A stretch of 64,000 bases of DNA from the NCBI GenBank assembly GCA_947625435.1, contig CANQOI010000003.1:1591-65590 (forward strand), given 5' to 3'. This DNA comes from an uncultured Clostridia bacterium. Lineage in GTDB: Bacteria; Bacillota; Clostridia; UBA1212; UBA1255. The position numbers and the translations under genes were made by a program. This document shows, piece after piece, positions 7,737-18,168 of the stretch; within the stretch, counting starts at the first letter, position 1; each line of letters starts with the position of its first letter. The notes below the pieces were generated by a model. The model did no database searches. It was given only the letters and a program-made list of their open reading frames with translations, and was not told where the DNA came from.

Positions 7737-10700
7737 TTACGCCTCGTACAGATCTCTCAGCTTGAGCAGATGCTCATACTTAGCCTTGGCGGCATCAGCA
7801 GCCTTGGCAAAGAGCTCCTCTGCCCTCTCCGGGAACGCCTGCTTCAGGCGGCTGTAACGCGTTTCACTCTGTATGAAGTCGATATAGCTCTCCGTAGGAG
7901 CCTTGCAATCGATCGTAAGAGGATTCTTGCCCTCAGCCTTGAGCGCAGGGTTGAAACGGAATGTCTGCCAATATCCGGCGGCAACAGCCTTCTTCATCTC
8001 GGACTGGCAGTTCGTCATGCCGCCCTTGACACCGTGCATTTCACAGGGAGCATATCCTATCACAATGGAAGGACCGTGATAAGCCTCCGCCTCCGTAAGA
8101 GCCTTTATAGTCTGGTTCATATCTGCGCCCATTGCTATCTGAGCCACATAAACGTAACCGTAGGACATGGCGATCTCGGCAAGGTTCTTCTTGCCTATGG
8201 ACTTGCCTGCCGCGGCAAACTGAGCTACCTGACCTATCTGGCTCGCCTTGGACGCCTGTCCGCCGGTATTGGAGTAAACCTCTGTATCAAATACCATCAC
8301 GTTTACATCCTCTCCCGAAGCCAGAACATGGTCGAGTCCGCCGAAGCCTATATCATATGCCCATCCGTCGCCGCCGAATATCCATACGGACTTCTTGGCA
8401 AGATATTCCTTGCTCGCAAGTATCGTCTTGCGCTCCTCACAGTCGCAGTCAAGTGTTTCGAGCTTTGCTATAAGCTTTGCGGCAGGCTCTGCATTCGCCT
8501 TGCCGTCATCCTTTGTATCAAGGAATGCGGTGCAGAGAGCCTTCACTTCATCATCGGAAGTCTTGTCGGCAATACGCTCAACACATGCTATGAGCCTGTC
8601 TCTTATGGCCTTCTGACCTAAGAATATTCCGAGTCCGTGCTCCGCATTGTCCTCAAAGAGGCTGTTGCCCCATGCCGGTCCGCGGCCTGAGTCACGGTTT
8701 ACAGTATAAGGTGTGGCAGGCGCCGAGCCGCCCCATATGGAAGAGCATCCGGTAGCATTTGAAATATACATGCGCTCGCCGAAGAGCTGTGTTATAAGTC
8801 TTGCATATGATGTCTCCGCACAGCCTGCGCAGGAGCCTGAGAATTCAAGCAGCGGCTGGTTGAACTGGCTGCCCTTTACCGAGAAATCGCTGAAGGATGT
8901 GGGCTTCTTCGTGACCGTAGCCACAGTATAATCGAATGCCGCCTGCTGATCCTTCTGAGATTCCTGAGATACCATGCGAAGAGCCTTTTCCTTGGCGGGG
9001 CACACATTTACGCACAGTCCGCATCCCATACAGTCAAGCGGGCTTATCGAAACCGTGAATGTGTATTCCTCGCAGCCCTTGCCCTTCATCTGTACCTTCT
9101 TTGTAGATGCCGGAGCACCGGCTGCCTCCTCCGCGTTCATGACGAACGGACGGATCGTGGCATGCGGGCATACGAAGGAGCACTGGTTACACTGTATACA
9201 ATTCTCGGGTATCCACTCAGGAACGTCCACGGCAACTCCGCGCTTTTCAAATGCGGCGGAGCCCTGCGGGAACGTACCGTCAGCTCTGTCCTTAAATACC
9301 GATACGGGCAGAGAATCGCCCTGCATCATGCCCACGGGCTGAAGTATCTCTTTCACAAATCTGGCAAGCTCCGGAGACTTACTGTTGACATCGCGCTCCT
9401 CTTTTACAACGGGAAGCGTCTTCCATGACTCGGGAACGTCGATCTTAACTATCGCGTCAACGCCCGCGTCTATCGCCTTATAGTTCATTTCAACTACGGC
9501 TTCGCCCTTCTTCATATATGACTTCTTGGCTGCCGCCTTCATATATTCGACCGCCGTATCTATCGGTAAAATGTTAGCGAGCGCGAAGAATGCGGACTGG
9601 AGTATAGTATTCGTCCTCTTGCCCATTCCTATCTCTCTCGCCTTGTCGATAGCATTTACTATATAGAACTTAATGTCGTTTTCCGCGATATATCTCTTGA
9701 CCTCTGCCGGCAGGTGCTTTTCAAGCTCCTCCGGAGTCCACTGACAGTTAAGGAGGAACGTACCGCCCGGCTTAACATCATTTACTATCTTATATCCCTT
9801 GAGCATGTATGACGGATTGTGGCATGCAACGAAGTCGGCCTTTGTTATATAGTACGACGACTTTATGGGCTTATCTCCGAAGCGCAGGTGCGATATAGTA
9901 ACGCCGCCCGTCTTCTTTGAGTCATACTGGAAGTATGCCTGTATGAATTTGTCCGTATGGTCGCCTATTATCTTTATCGAATTCTTGTTCGCGCCCACCG
10001 TTCCGTCTCCGCCGAGACCCCAGAACTTGCAGCTTATTGTGCCTGCGGGAGCCGTATCCGGAGCGGGCTTCTCCGCAAGGGAGTGATGCGTGACATCGTC
10101 CACTATTCCTATGGTGAAATTTCCCTTAGGCTCGTCGGCCTTGAGATTCTCATATACGGCAAATATGCTCGGCGGAGGCGTATCCTTGGAGCCGAGTCCG
10201 TAGCGTCCGCCTACTACCTTGGCATTTACGCCCTTGGAAGCAAGAGCGGCGGCAACATCGAGATAAAGAGGCTCGCCCAAGGAGCCGGGCTCCTTCGTCC
10301 TGTCGAGCACTGCTATCTTCTTAGCTGTTGAAGGTATAGCCTCTATGAGCTTCTCTGCGCTGAAGGGTCTGTAAAGTCTTACCTTAACAAGACCTACCTT
10401 CTCGCCGCGGGCATTCATATAATCTATTACTTCCTCAGCCACATCGCAAATAGAGCCCATGGCAACTATGACCCTGTCGGCATCGGGAGCGCCGTAATAG
10501 TTGAACAGCTTATAATTCGTTCCTATCCTGGCATTTACCTGATTCATATAATCCTCGACCACAGCGGGAAGTGCCTCATAATAGCTGTTGCACGCCTCTC
10601 TGTGCTGGAAGAATATATCTCCGTTCTCTGCGCTGCCTCTTAATACAGGATGCTCGGGATTGAGAGCTCTCTTTCTGAACTCCGCAAGAGCGTCCCTGTC

Positions 10701-11285
10701 TATCATGGAAGCAAGCTCGTCGTAATCCCATGCTTCTATCTTCTGTATCTCATGAGATGTGCGGAATCCGTCGAAGAAATTGATAAAAGGAACTCTGCCC
10801 TTTATCGCGGACAGATGCGCAACGGCGCCCAGATCCATGACCTCCTGAGGATTCGTGCATGCCAGCATCGCAAAGCCTGTCTGACGGCACGCATATATAT
10901 CGGAATGATCTCCGAAAATGTTGAGTGCGTGAGACGCAACGCATCTTGCGGAAACGTGTATAACGCAGGGAAGCAGCTCGCCCGCTATTTTATACATGTT
11001 AGGTATCATAAGAAGCAGTCCCTGGGATGCGGTATATGTCGTTGTAAGAGCGCCCGCCGCAAGGCTTCCGTGAACGGTGCCGGCGGCGCCTGCCTCTGAC
11101 TGCATTTCAATTACTTTAACTTTATCTCCGAAAATATTCTTAAGACCCGTAGCCGACCATGAGTCCGTCAGCTCAGCCATAACACTGGACGGCGTTATAG
11201 GATAAATACTCGCGACCTCTGTAAAAGCATAGCTCACATGAGCGGCGGCTGTATTTCCGTCCATTGATATCTTCTTTCTGGACAT
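7737..11285 (-). CDS. nifJ: pyruvate:ferredoxin (flavodoxin) oxidoreductase
   Basis: 1182 aa single-chain PFOR. The N-terminus (MDGNTAAAHVSYAFTEVASIYPITPSS), two 4Fe-4S ferredoxin motifs (CIQCNQCSFVCPHA, CMGCGLCVNVCP) and the TPP-binding domain are all recognisable. Confidence 0.95.
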   Translation of the reverse strand: MSRKKISMDGNTAAAHVSYAFTEVASIYPITPSSVMAELTDSWSATGLKNIFGDKVKVIEMQSEAGAAGTVHGSLAAGALTTTYTASQGLLLMIPNMYKIAGELLPCVIHVSARCVASHALNIFGDHSDIYACRQTGFAMLACTNPQEVMDLGAVAHLSAIKGRVPFINFFDGFRTSHEIQKIEAWDYDELASMIDRDALAEFRKRALNPEHPVLRGSAENGDIFFQHREACNSYYEALPAVVEDYMNQVNARIGTNYKLFNYYGAPDADRVIVAMGSICDVAEEVIDYMNARGEKVGLVKVRLYRPFSAEKLIEAIPSTAKKIAVLDRTKEPGSLGEPLYLDVAAALASKGVNAKVVGGRYGLGSKDTPPPSIFAVYENLKADEPKGNFTIGIVDDVTHHSLAEKPAPDTAPAGTISCKFWGLGGDGTVGANKNSIKIIGDHTDKFIQAYFQYDSKKTGGVTISHLRFGDKPIKSSYYITKADFVACHNPSYMLKGYKIVNDVKPGGTFLLNCQWTPEELEKHLPAEVKRYIAENDIKFYIVNAIDKAREIGMGKRTNTILQSAFFALANILPIDTAVEYMKAAAKKSYMKKGEAVVEMNYKAIDAGVDAIVKIDVPESWKTLPVVKEERDVNSKSPELARFVKEILQPVGMMQGDSLPVSVFKDRADGTFPQGSAAFEKRGVAVDVPEWIPENCIQCNQCSFVCPHATIRPFVMNAEEAAGAPASTKKVQMKGKGCEEYTFTVSISPLDCMGCGLCVNVCPAKEKALRMVSQESQKDQQAAFDYTVATVTKKPTSFSDFSVKGSQFNQPLLEFSGSCAGCAETSYARLITQLFGERMYISNATGCSSIWGGSAPATPYTVNRDSGRGPAWGNSLFEDNAEHGLGIFLGQKAIRDRLIACVERIADKTSDDEVKALCTAFLDTKDDGKANAEPAAKLIAKLETLDCDCEERKTILASKEYLAKKSVWIFGGDGWAYDIGFGGLDHVLASGEDVNVMVFDTEVYSNTGGQASKASQIGQVAQFAAAGKSIGKKNLAEIAMSYGYVYVAQIAMGADMNQTIKALTEAEAYHGPSIVIGYAPCEMHGVKGGMTNCQSEMKKAVAAGYWQTFRFNPALKAEGKNPLTIDCKAPTESYIDFIQSETRYSRLKQAFPERAEELFAKAADAAKAKYEHLLKLRDLYEA

Positions 11286-11322
11286 AATTACTCCTCCTTT
11301 GTTTATGAGAGTTAAAACGGTA

Positions 11323-12252
11323 TCACGCTCTTGCCTTTATTATCTTCTCGGCTATCGCCTCGGCCGTAAGGCCGTATTTCTCAAGCAGAGCGGCCGGAGT
11401 ACCGGATTTTCCGAATTTTTCCTCAACACCTATCATTTTAACCTTGCAGGGGTAGTTCTCGGAAAGAGCTTCGCATACGGCTCCGCCGAGTCCGCCTGTT
11501 ATATTATGCTCCTCAACCGTTACTATAAAGCCTGTTTCCTTCGCTGCCTTAACGAGTATATCCTTGTCTATGGGCTTTATCGTATGCATATCTATAACTC
11601 TTGCGTTTATTCCCTTTGAAGCGAGTATATCGGCCGCCTTGAGGGATTCCTGAACCATGAGTCCGGTGGCGACTATCGTAAGATCGTTTCCTTCTCTTAT
11701 CTCCACGCCCTTGCCTATCTCAAATTTGAATGTTGCGGGATCGTGGACTGCCTCAACGGCGAGTCTTCCCAGTCTCACATATACCGGTCCGTCATGATCT
11801 ATCGCGGCTTTGATCGCCTGATTGGTCTCCGCTTCATCGCAGGGGCTTAAAACTACCATGTTGGGAAGCGCTCTCATTATGGCAAGATCCTCGAGGCACT
11901 GATGCGAAGCTCCGTCCTCGCCTACGGTAAGTCCCGCATGCGTAGCGCATACCTTTACGTTAAGCTTCGGATAGCATATCGAGTTTCTTATCTGCTCGCA
12001 TGCACGCTCCGATGCGAAAATAGCAAATGTGCTGGCAAATACTATCTTACCTGTCGTTGCCAGTCCCGCTGCCACGCACATCATGTCGGCTTCGGCTATA
12101 CCCATGTTGAAATGTCTCTCCGGATATACCTTCTTGAATGTATCCGTCTTTGTGGACTTTGATAAGTCGGCATCGAGAACCACTATTCTCTCATCTGCGC
12201 CGTACTGCGCCAAAGCCGCTCCGTAAGCTTCTCTTGTTGCTACTTTACCCAT
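11323..12252 (-). CDS. transketolase, C-terminal (pyrimidine-binding) subunit
   Basis: 309 aa. GIAEADMMCVAAGLATTGKIVFASTFAIF and GEDGASHQ motifs. Split transketolase arrangement. Confidence 0.9.
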   Translation of the reverse strand: MGKVATREAYGAALAQYGADERIVVLDADLSKSTKTDTFKKVYPERHFNMGIAEADMMCVAAGLATTGKIVFASTFAIFASERACEQIRNSICYPKLNVKVCATHAGLTVGEDGASHQCLEDLAIMRALPNMVVLSPCDEAETNQAIKAAIDHDGPVYVRLGRLAVEAVHDPATFKFEIGKGVEIREGNDLTIVATGLMVQESLKAADILASKGINARVIDMHTIKPIDKDILVKAAKETGFIVTVEEHNITGGLGGAVCEALSENYPCKVKMIGVEEKFGKSGTPAALLEKYGLTAEAIAEKIIKARA

Positions 12253-12257
12253 TTATT

Positions 12258-13118
12258 TCAAGCCTCCTCTGCTATTTCCTTATCTATTTCGGCCATAAGA
12301 GCGTCCAGCTCCGCTATAGCCTGATCGCGCTGCTCCTGATTGGGAGCCGTTCCGTGCCATGCGTAATTGTTTTCCATGAATGAAACGCCCTTGCCCTTTG
12401 TGCACTTGCACACTACCATTGTGGGTTTTCCCTTAACTGTCTTGGCCGTCTCTATGGCGTCCTTTATCTGCTTGTGATCGTGTCCGTCGACAGTTATCAC
12501 ATTCCATCCGAATGCGGCAAATTTATCCGCTATGGGCTCAGGGTTCATTACGTCCGTTATGTTTCCGTCTATCTGGAGTCCGTTATAGTCAACAAAAGCC
12601 GTTAAGTTGTCGAGCTTATAGTGAGCCGCAGCCATGGCCGCTTCCCATACCTGACCTTCTTCAAGCTCTCCGTCTCCCAGTATGGAATAAACTCTGTAAT
12701 CCTTCTTATCTATTTTACCGGCAAGAGCCATGCCTACCGATGTGGATATTCCCTGTCCGAGAGAACCTGTCGACATATCTACGCCCGGCACGTACGTCAT
12801 GCTCGGATGTCCCTCGAGATAGCTGTCGGCTTTACGGAATGTGTAAAGATCCTTCTCCGGGAAAAAGCCCTTGACCGCCAGTGTCGCGTAAAGCGCAGGC
12901 GCGCAGTGTCCCTTTGAAAGCACGAATCTGTCTCTGTTCGGATCCTTCGGGTTCTTGGGATCTACTCTCATCTCGTCGAAATAGAGAACCGTGAAAATAT
13001 CTGTGCACGACAGCGATCCGCCCGGATGCCCTGATTTTGCGGAAAATACTTCTTCAATGATGTATTTTCTGATCTGCGTAGCTTTCTTTCGTAAATCAAG
13101 CTCTTTGCGCTTGTCCAT
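12258..13118 (-). CDS. transketolase, N-terminal (TPP-binding) subunit
   Basis: 286 aa. SGHPGGSLS, GHCAPALYA, GSLGQG and ILGDGELEEG motifs. Confidence 0.9.
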   Translation of the reverse strand: MDKRKELDLRKKATQIRKYIIEEVFSAKSGHPGGSLSCTDIFTVLYFDEMRVDPKNPKDPNRDRFVLSKGHCAPALYATLAVKGFFPEKDLYTFRKADSYLEGHPSMTYVPGVDMSTGSLGQGISTSVGMALAGKIDKKDYRVYSILGDGELEEGQVWEAAMAAAHYKLDNLTAFVDYNGLQIDGNITDVMNPEPIADKFAAFGWNVITVDGHDHKQIKDAIETAKTVKGKPTMVVCKCTKGKGVSFMENNYAWHGTAPNQEQRDQAIAELDALMAEIDKEIAEEA

Positions 13119-13193
13119 AATTTAATCTCCTCCATATTTAAAATTTAACTCTTTATATATTGAGAGCTGCCGGAGTAAAATCCTCCCGCAGCT

Positions 13194-13634
13194 TCAATTT
13201 CTGTTTTCTATGGCTGTTATAGTATCAAGCCTCGCCTGATGTCTGCCACCCTCGTATTCCGCGTCGAACCACGCGTCAACTATCATCTTTGCAAGCTCCG
13301 TGCCCACTACGCGCGCTCCGAAGCAAAGTATGTTGGAATTGTTGTGAACCTTGGACATTTTAGCCGAAAAGGGTTCAGAGCAGCATGCCGCTCTTATTCC
13401 GTGCACTTTATTGGCGGCTATCGATATGCCTATGCCCGTCCCGCATATGAGTATTCCTCTCTCGCATTCACCCGAAGCGACGGCATTCGCAACCTCTTCC
13501 GCTTTCTCGGCATAATTGCTCGCTGTCGTGGACTCTGTACCGAAATCCCTGACCTCTACGCCCTTCGACTCGAGATGTGCTTTGATCACTTCTTTGAGCG
13601 CGACTGCGGTATGATCATTTCCGATCGCATACAT
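13194..13634 (-). CDS. rpiB: ribose-5-phosphate isomerase B
   Basis: RpiB/LacAB family (MYAIGNDHTAVALKEVI..., ICGTGIGISIAANKVHGIRAA). The likely true start is the internal Met at 13634, preceded by AGGAGG. The track ORF 13194-13748 extends upstream. Confidence 0.85.
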   Translation of the reverse strand: MYAIGNDHTAVALKEVIKAHLESKGVEVRDFGTESTTASNYAEKAEEVANAVASGECERGILICGTGIGISIAANKVHGIRAACCSEPFSAKMSKVHNNSNILCFGARVVGTELAKMIVDAWFDAEYEGGRHQARLDTITAIENRN

Positions 13635-13802
13635 GTTTATCCTGCCTCCTGTTGTATAATATCGTAAAATATAAGCGGTTATCTCATATCTAACGCGCCG
13701 TATTTCCCATTTGCTTATTATACACTCCCGGCAAGTAAAATTCAACATAAATACCGCCGCCCGCGGCGCCGCATGTGCCGCGGAGCCGGTATGCGCCTTG
13801 CC

Positions 13803-14054
13803 TCTGTTACAGTTCCAAAGAATTTTCGTCTAACAGAAATTCATACAGACCAAGATGCAGAATGCCTTCATCATCTGTCCAAGGCTTTGCGGGTGTTTTA
13901 GTGATGATGATCTTTTTGAGTCCTTGTTGATCACAAAGTCAATCTCACATTGTTTTTTTGATCGTTTGCCCTCGCGGCTTTCTGAAATTTCAACAACCCC
14001 TACATCGACGGAATACTCGCGACATAAAAGTTCATTGTATATGATGTTCTCCAT
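13803..14054 (-). pseudogene. remnant of a COG1373/DUF4143 AAA+ ATPase gene (C-terminal fragment, frameshifted, 5'-truncated)
   Basis: ORF 13830-14054 encodes MENIIYNELLCREYSVDVGVVEISE...EIDFVINKD, matching the C-terminus of DUF4143 ATPases. The expected ending LKKIIITKTPAKPWTDDEGILHLGLYEFLLDENSLEL* is found in the +1 frame down to 13803. No upstream N-terminal portion is present. Confidence 0.55.
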
Positions 14055-14130
14055 GATATGAAGCCTCCTTATACCGATAACTTACGGGTAATTACATATC
14101 ATATACATCGGCATTTCTTCATATTATGTT

Positions 14131-15114
14131 ATGAACAACAATAATAAGGCCGTGTATATAATGATGAGAGAAGGTTATTTTTATTTTATTCCCGCTGCGG
14201 GAGAAAACAGAGAGGAAAATAAAGCTCTCGGATATATTTCAATATCGAAAGCGCCCGGCAGATCGGCATATTCAGTTCAATGCAGCCTGAACAGGAATCT
14301 GCTCAAGCCTCGCGGCGTTCCGGAAATATATTTCAGTCCTGCGCCGCATGCCGATTCGCAGTCGATATCAATAGGCAAAGTACGCGCCGTTTCAGGCACA
14401 TCGCGTCTGTTTATAGATTCATACATTTCATATGACGCCGCGGAAGATCTTGACAGCGATATATATGCGGTCGTTTCATGCTCGGGCAGGACTCTATGCT
14501 ACAGCATGATAAATAAAAAAAGTGTTGAGACCGGCCCGGATCCATATGAAGCCCCGATTTCCGCAGCTAAACAAACGAATCCGCACAACGATCTCGGAGG
14601 CAGAGCTTTCGATCCGTTCGGCACAACCAATGACATGTATAAATGGTATATATACGATATTTTCGGCAATAATACGGTCAATAATGTCGATTCTGTCAAA
14701 AATATGCAGCAGATAGATAAGCTTTTCAAACATTATAATATAAATTACAGTGTTTTTGCCCGTCTGAGTGAAGGTATCGAGAACTCCGCATTCCTTAAAA
14801 TGGCGCATTCATCCGTGCAGATTGCCCTGCATCTGTTGAGAGGCGAATACTCGGATGCGCAGACAGGCAGACGATTTACGATCATAGGACTGCCGGGCTG
14901 GAATCCGACATACGGCAGATCTGTAAAACAGCGTGTAAGGCAGCCGCAGATACATCACAGTATATCAGGCGCGTCGGCCATACGCGGATGCTCCAGATGG
15001 ATGTCTGCCGTAAACAGGCCGCGTTTTGCTTATAACAGTAGCTACAACGGCTATTGGCTTTATTACTTCGACTCCGAAAGCGGTCTTCCCGTGAAAGCTG
15101 TTATGAAGGAATGA
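14131..15114 (+). CDS. hypothetical protein (327 aa), no recognisable domain, in an AT-rich patch
   Basis: Long uninterrupted ORF in a sampled ~30% GC region. No RBS is evident and the start is uncertain (14131 or 14161). Confidence 0.4.
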   Translation: MNNNNKAVYIMMREGYFYFIPAAGENREENKALGYISISKAPGRSAYSVQCSLNRNLLKPRGVPEIYFSPAPHADSQSISIGKVRAVSGTSRLFIDSYISYDAAEDLDSDIYAVVSCSGRTLCYSMINKKSVETGPDPYEAPISAAKQTNPHNDLGGRAFDPFGTTNDMYKWYIYDIFGNNTVNNVDSVKNMQQIDKLFKHYNINYSVFARLSEGIENSAFLKMAHSSVQIALHLLRGEYSDAQTGRRFTIIGLPGWNPTYGRSVKQRVRQPQIHHSISGASAIRGCSRWMSAVNRPRFAYNSSYNGYWLYYFDSESGLPVKAVMKE

Positions 15115-15117
15115 TCT

Positions 15118-15615
15118 CTACGAGCATATCAGGCCGGCAGCGACCGCCGATACTAAATTTGCCGTGAGCGCAGCCGGCAGAACCCCCGGCATTTTACGTA
15201 TGCCGGAGCTTCCCGCATACACAGTCATAGTGTAAAATATCGTTTCAGTCGAGCCCATCATGACACATGCCGCCCGCGCCGCCGGTGAGTCCGCGCCGCA
15301 TTTTACGATTATATCTCTCAGCGTGGCAAGCGAAGCGCTTCCCGATACGGGTCTTATCATTATAAGCGGTAAAATATCGGCGCTCGCCCCTATTTTCTCC
15401 ATTATCGGTCTGAAAAGCTCCACTATTATGTCAAGTGCGCCCGACGCTCTGAAAACGCCGATCGCTACTATGAGCCCTATCAGCGACGGTACCAGACGCA
15501 CTATCGTCATTGCTCCGTTTTGAGCGCCTTTTACAAAACTGTCAAAGCACGGCACACCCTTTATAAATCCCACTGTGATTATGATCAGTAAAAATACCGG
15601 TATGATATATATCAT
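15118..15615 (-). CDS. spmB: spore maturation protein B
   Basis: MIYIIPVFLLIIITVGF... nucleoside-recognition-domain membrane protein. The start at 15615 overlaps the spmA stop by 1 nt (TAATG). The track ORF extends further upstream in the overlap region. Confidence 0.75.
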   Translation of the reverse strand: MIYIIPVFLLIIITVGFIKGVPCFDSFVKGAQNGAMTIVRLVPSLIGLIVAIGVFRASGALDIIVELFRPIMEKIGASADILPLIMIRPVSGSASLATLRDIIVKCGADSPAARAACVMMGSTETIFYTMTVYAGSSGIRKMPGVLPAALTANLVSAVAAGLICS

Positions 15616-16217
15616 TATTGTCCTTCCTTTGCCTTTCGTTTCATTCTGACTGCGCGCATGCAGTAATATGCTCTTCTGTATACGCTGTATATTATAAGTG
15701 CGGACAAAAGCGATATGCCCGATACTATCCATGTGGGTACAAGTATGTCCGACGGATCCGAAGCTCCCAGTTCCGAGCGCATTGCTATCACTGTTGAGGG
15801 TATGAGCTGTATTCCGGCTGAGTTTATGACAAGGAACAGACATATATCCTTTATACTGTTATTCATTTCACGTACAGCCTCTATACCGGACGGCGTGGCT
15901 CCGTTTCCGAGGCCGAGAAAGTTAGCTGATATGTTGGTTATTATCGCCGATTGTGCTTTTTCGTTATTTTTTGTGCCCGGAAACAGCTTTGTTATAACGG
16001 GCTTTAATATTTTAGATGTGACTTTAAGTACTCCCGCGTCTTCCAATATCTGTATCAGACCGCACCAGAGTGCCACTGCTCCTATAAGCCCGAAAGCGAA
16101 TTTGACGGCCTCATCGGCGGAAGTCATGATACTCGCCGCGACCGAATGTATGCGCCCGGTAAAAATACCTGTTATCAATCCTGCTATAAGCAGTGCTGCC
16201 CATATGATATTAAGCAT
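15615..16217 (-). CDS. spmA: spore maturation protein A
   Basis: MLNIIWAALLIAGLITGIFTG... SpmA-like. Start at 16217, with GGAGGAGG 7 nt upstream. Confidence 0.75.
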   Translation of the reverse strand: MLNIIWAALLIAGLITGIFTGRIHSVAASIMTSADEAVKFAFGLIGAVALWCGLIQILEDAGVLKVTSKILKPVITKLFPGTKNNEKAQSAIITNISANFLGLGNGATPSGIEAVREMNNSIKDICLFLVINSAGIQLIPSTVIAMRSELGASDPSDILVPTWIVSGISLLSALIIYSVYRRAYYCMRAVRMKRKAKEGQ

Positions 16218-16309
16218 GATGCATCCTCCTCCGTACGTATCTGTAAAATTATATGAAGTTGTACCTTGCAGTATGTTCATGCATTTGTCGGGAAATATTT
16301 CCCAAACAT

Positions 16310-16338
16310 TTGACATATCTACATTTTTTATGTATTAT
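16310..16338 (+). promoter_or_regulatory. sigma-A-type promoter for abrB
   Basis: TTGACA (16310-16315), 17-nt spacer, TATTAT (16333-16338). AAAGGAGA RBS precedes the ATG at 16388. Confidence 0.5.
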
Positions 16339-16387
16339 ATATTCGCATTCAATCGAATGATACTTATATATAAAGGAGATAATACGT

Positions 16388-16645
16388 ATGAGATCTACAG
16401 GAATAGTTAGAAAGGTCGACGAATTAGGAAGAATCGTACTTCCGATAGAACTTAGAAGAGTTTTGAATATTTCATACAAAGATTCTCTTGAAATATTCAC
16501 TGACAACAACATGGTAATTCTGAGAAAATATGAACCGTGCTGCATTTTCTGCGGCAGCGCAACGAACGTCGTTACATATAAAGGCAAAAACATATGCCCC
16601 GAATGCATATCCCGTATGCATGATGACATAAAGATCGCTCAATAG
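16388..16645 (+). CDS. abrB: AbrB-family transition-state regulator (SpoVT/AbrB domain)
   Basis: 85 aa. MRSTGIVRKVDELGRIVLPIELRRVLNI...LEI swapped-hairpin domain. Confidence 0.85.
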   Translation: MRSTGIVRKVDELGRIVLPIELRRVLNISYKDSLEIFTDNNMVILRKYEPCCIFCGSATNVVTYKGKNICPECISRMHDDIKIAQ

Positions 16646-16688
16646 TATGTCACACATGCATATATATTAATCTTCCTCGCTTTAGTTA

Positions 16689-16730
16689 AGTTTAATGCCG
16701 CTTTACTGTCCAAAGCGGCATTAAACATTT
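16689..16730. terminator. intrinsic terminator after abrB
   Basis: TTTAATGCCGCTTT / AAAGCGGCATTAAA 14-bp stem with a 7-nt loop, then ATTTTTCT. A second imperfect hairpin at ~16766-16820 with a U-rich tail on the minus strand probably terminates tuf. Confidence 0.55.
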
Positions 16731-16845
16731 TTCTATCATTGTGAATCATAAATGTAAAACAAAACCGCCGCATTTCAAAGCCATACTGTTACATACAGCA
16801 TCTGAAATGCAGCGGGATTTATTCAGGTCTTATACGATTCCTGTA

Positions 16846-18054
16846 TTATTCTATGATCTTTGTAACCGTACCTGAACCGACAGTTCTGCCGCCTTCACGA
16901 ATAGCGAAACGGAGTCCTTCTTCCATAGCGATAGGAGTAATAAGCTGAACATCCATATCGATGTGGTCGCCCGGCATTACCATTTCCGTTCCCTCAGGAA
17001 GCGTTATAACGCCTGTAACGTCCGTTGTTCTGAAATAGAACTGAGGTCTGTAATTGCTGAAGAAAGGTGAGTGACGTCCGCCCTCTTCCTTTGTCAGTAC
17101 GTAAACCTGACCCTTGAAGTGCGTATGCGGATGGATCGTTCCGGGTTTAACAAGAACCTGTCCTCTTTCCACTTCGTTTCTCTGGATACCTCTGAGAAGC
17201 ACGCCGATGTTGTCGCCTGCTTCTGCCTGATCGAGCTGCTTTCTGAACATCTCAACACCGGTAACAACCGTGCTCTTCTTCTCGTCGCTGAGGCCAACGA
17301 TCTCAGCAGGATCTCCTACCTTTATAACGCCTCTCTCAAGACGACCCGTAGCAACGGTACCGCGTCCTGTGATCGTGAATACGTCTTCAACAGGCATAAG
17401 GAAGGGCTTGTCGATCGGTCTCTCAGGTGTAGGAATGTAACTGTCAACCGCTTCCATAAGCTCATGTATGCACTTATATTCAGGTGCATTAACATCTGTT
17501 GATGTAGATTCAAGAGCTTTAAGAGCAGAACCTCTTATGATCGGGATCTCATCTCCGGGGAATTCATATGAGCTGAGCAGCTCTCTGATCTCCATCTCGG
17601 CAAGGTCAAGTATCTCTTCGTCGCCTTCATCTATCATATCGCACTTGTTCATGAAAACTACGATATAGTGAACGCCAACCTGACGTGCGAGAAGTATATG
17701 CTCTCTTGTCTGAGCCTGCGGGCCGTCAGGACCGGAAACCAGAAGGATAGCACCGTCCATCTGAGCGGCACCGGTGATCATGTTCTTAACATAGTCGGCA
17801 TGTCCGGGGCAGTCAACGTGAGCATAGTGTCTGTTAGCTGTCTGATACTCAACGTGAGCTGTATTGATCGTGATTCCTCTTGCTTTCTCCTCCGGAGCGC
17901 CGTCGATTTCATCGTATGCCTTTACCTCTGCATCACCTGTAAGAGCAAGTACTTTCGTGATCGCAGCTGTAAGAGTTGTCTTACCGTGGTCAACGTGACC
18001 AATGGTACCGATATTTACGTGTGGTTTTGTTCTTACGAACTTAGCTTTTGCCAT
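16846..18054 (-). CDS. tuf: elongation factor Tu
   Basis: 402 aa. [23 protein letters not shown] and NKCD motifs. Confidence 0.97.
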   Translation of the reverse strand: MAKAKFVRTKPHVNIGTIGHVDHGKTTLTAAITKVLALTGDAEVKAYDEIDGAPEEKARGITINTAHVEYQTANRHYAHVDCPGHADYVKNMITGAAQMDGAILLVSGPDGPQAQTREHILLARQVGVHYIVVFMNKCDMIDEGDEEILDLAEMEIRELLSSYEFPGDEIPIIRGSALKALESTSTDVNAPEYKCIHELMEAVDSYIPTPERPIDKPFLMPVEDVFTITGRGTVATGRLERGVIKVGDPAEIVGLSDEKKSTVVTGVEMFRKQLDQAEAGDNIGVLLRGIQRNEVERGQVLVKPGTIHPHTHFKGQVYVLTKEEGGRHSPFFSNYRPQFYFRTTDVTGVITLPEGTEMVMPGDHIDMDVQLITPIAMEEGLRFAIREGGRTVGSGTVTKIIE

Positions 18055-18168
18055 TTTAAAATCCTCCTTAACTTAGATATCATAACGAATTAAATGAAAA
18101 CGTATACTTGCACTATATTACACTTTTCACCGTTATTTTGCAAGTATATTTTTGTCATGCAACTTTGT

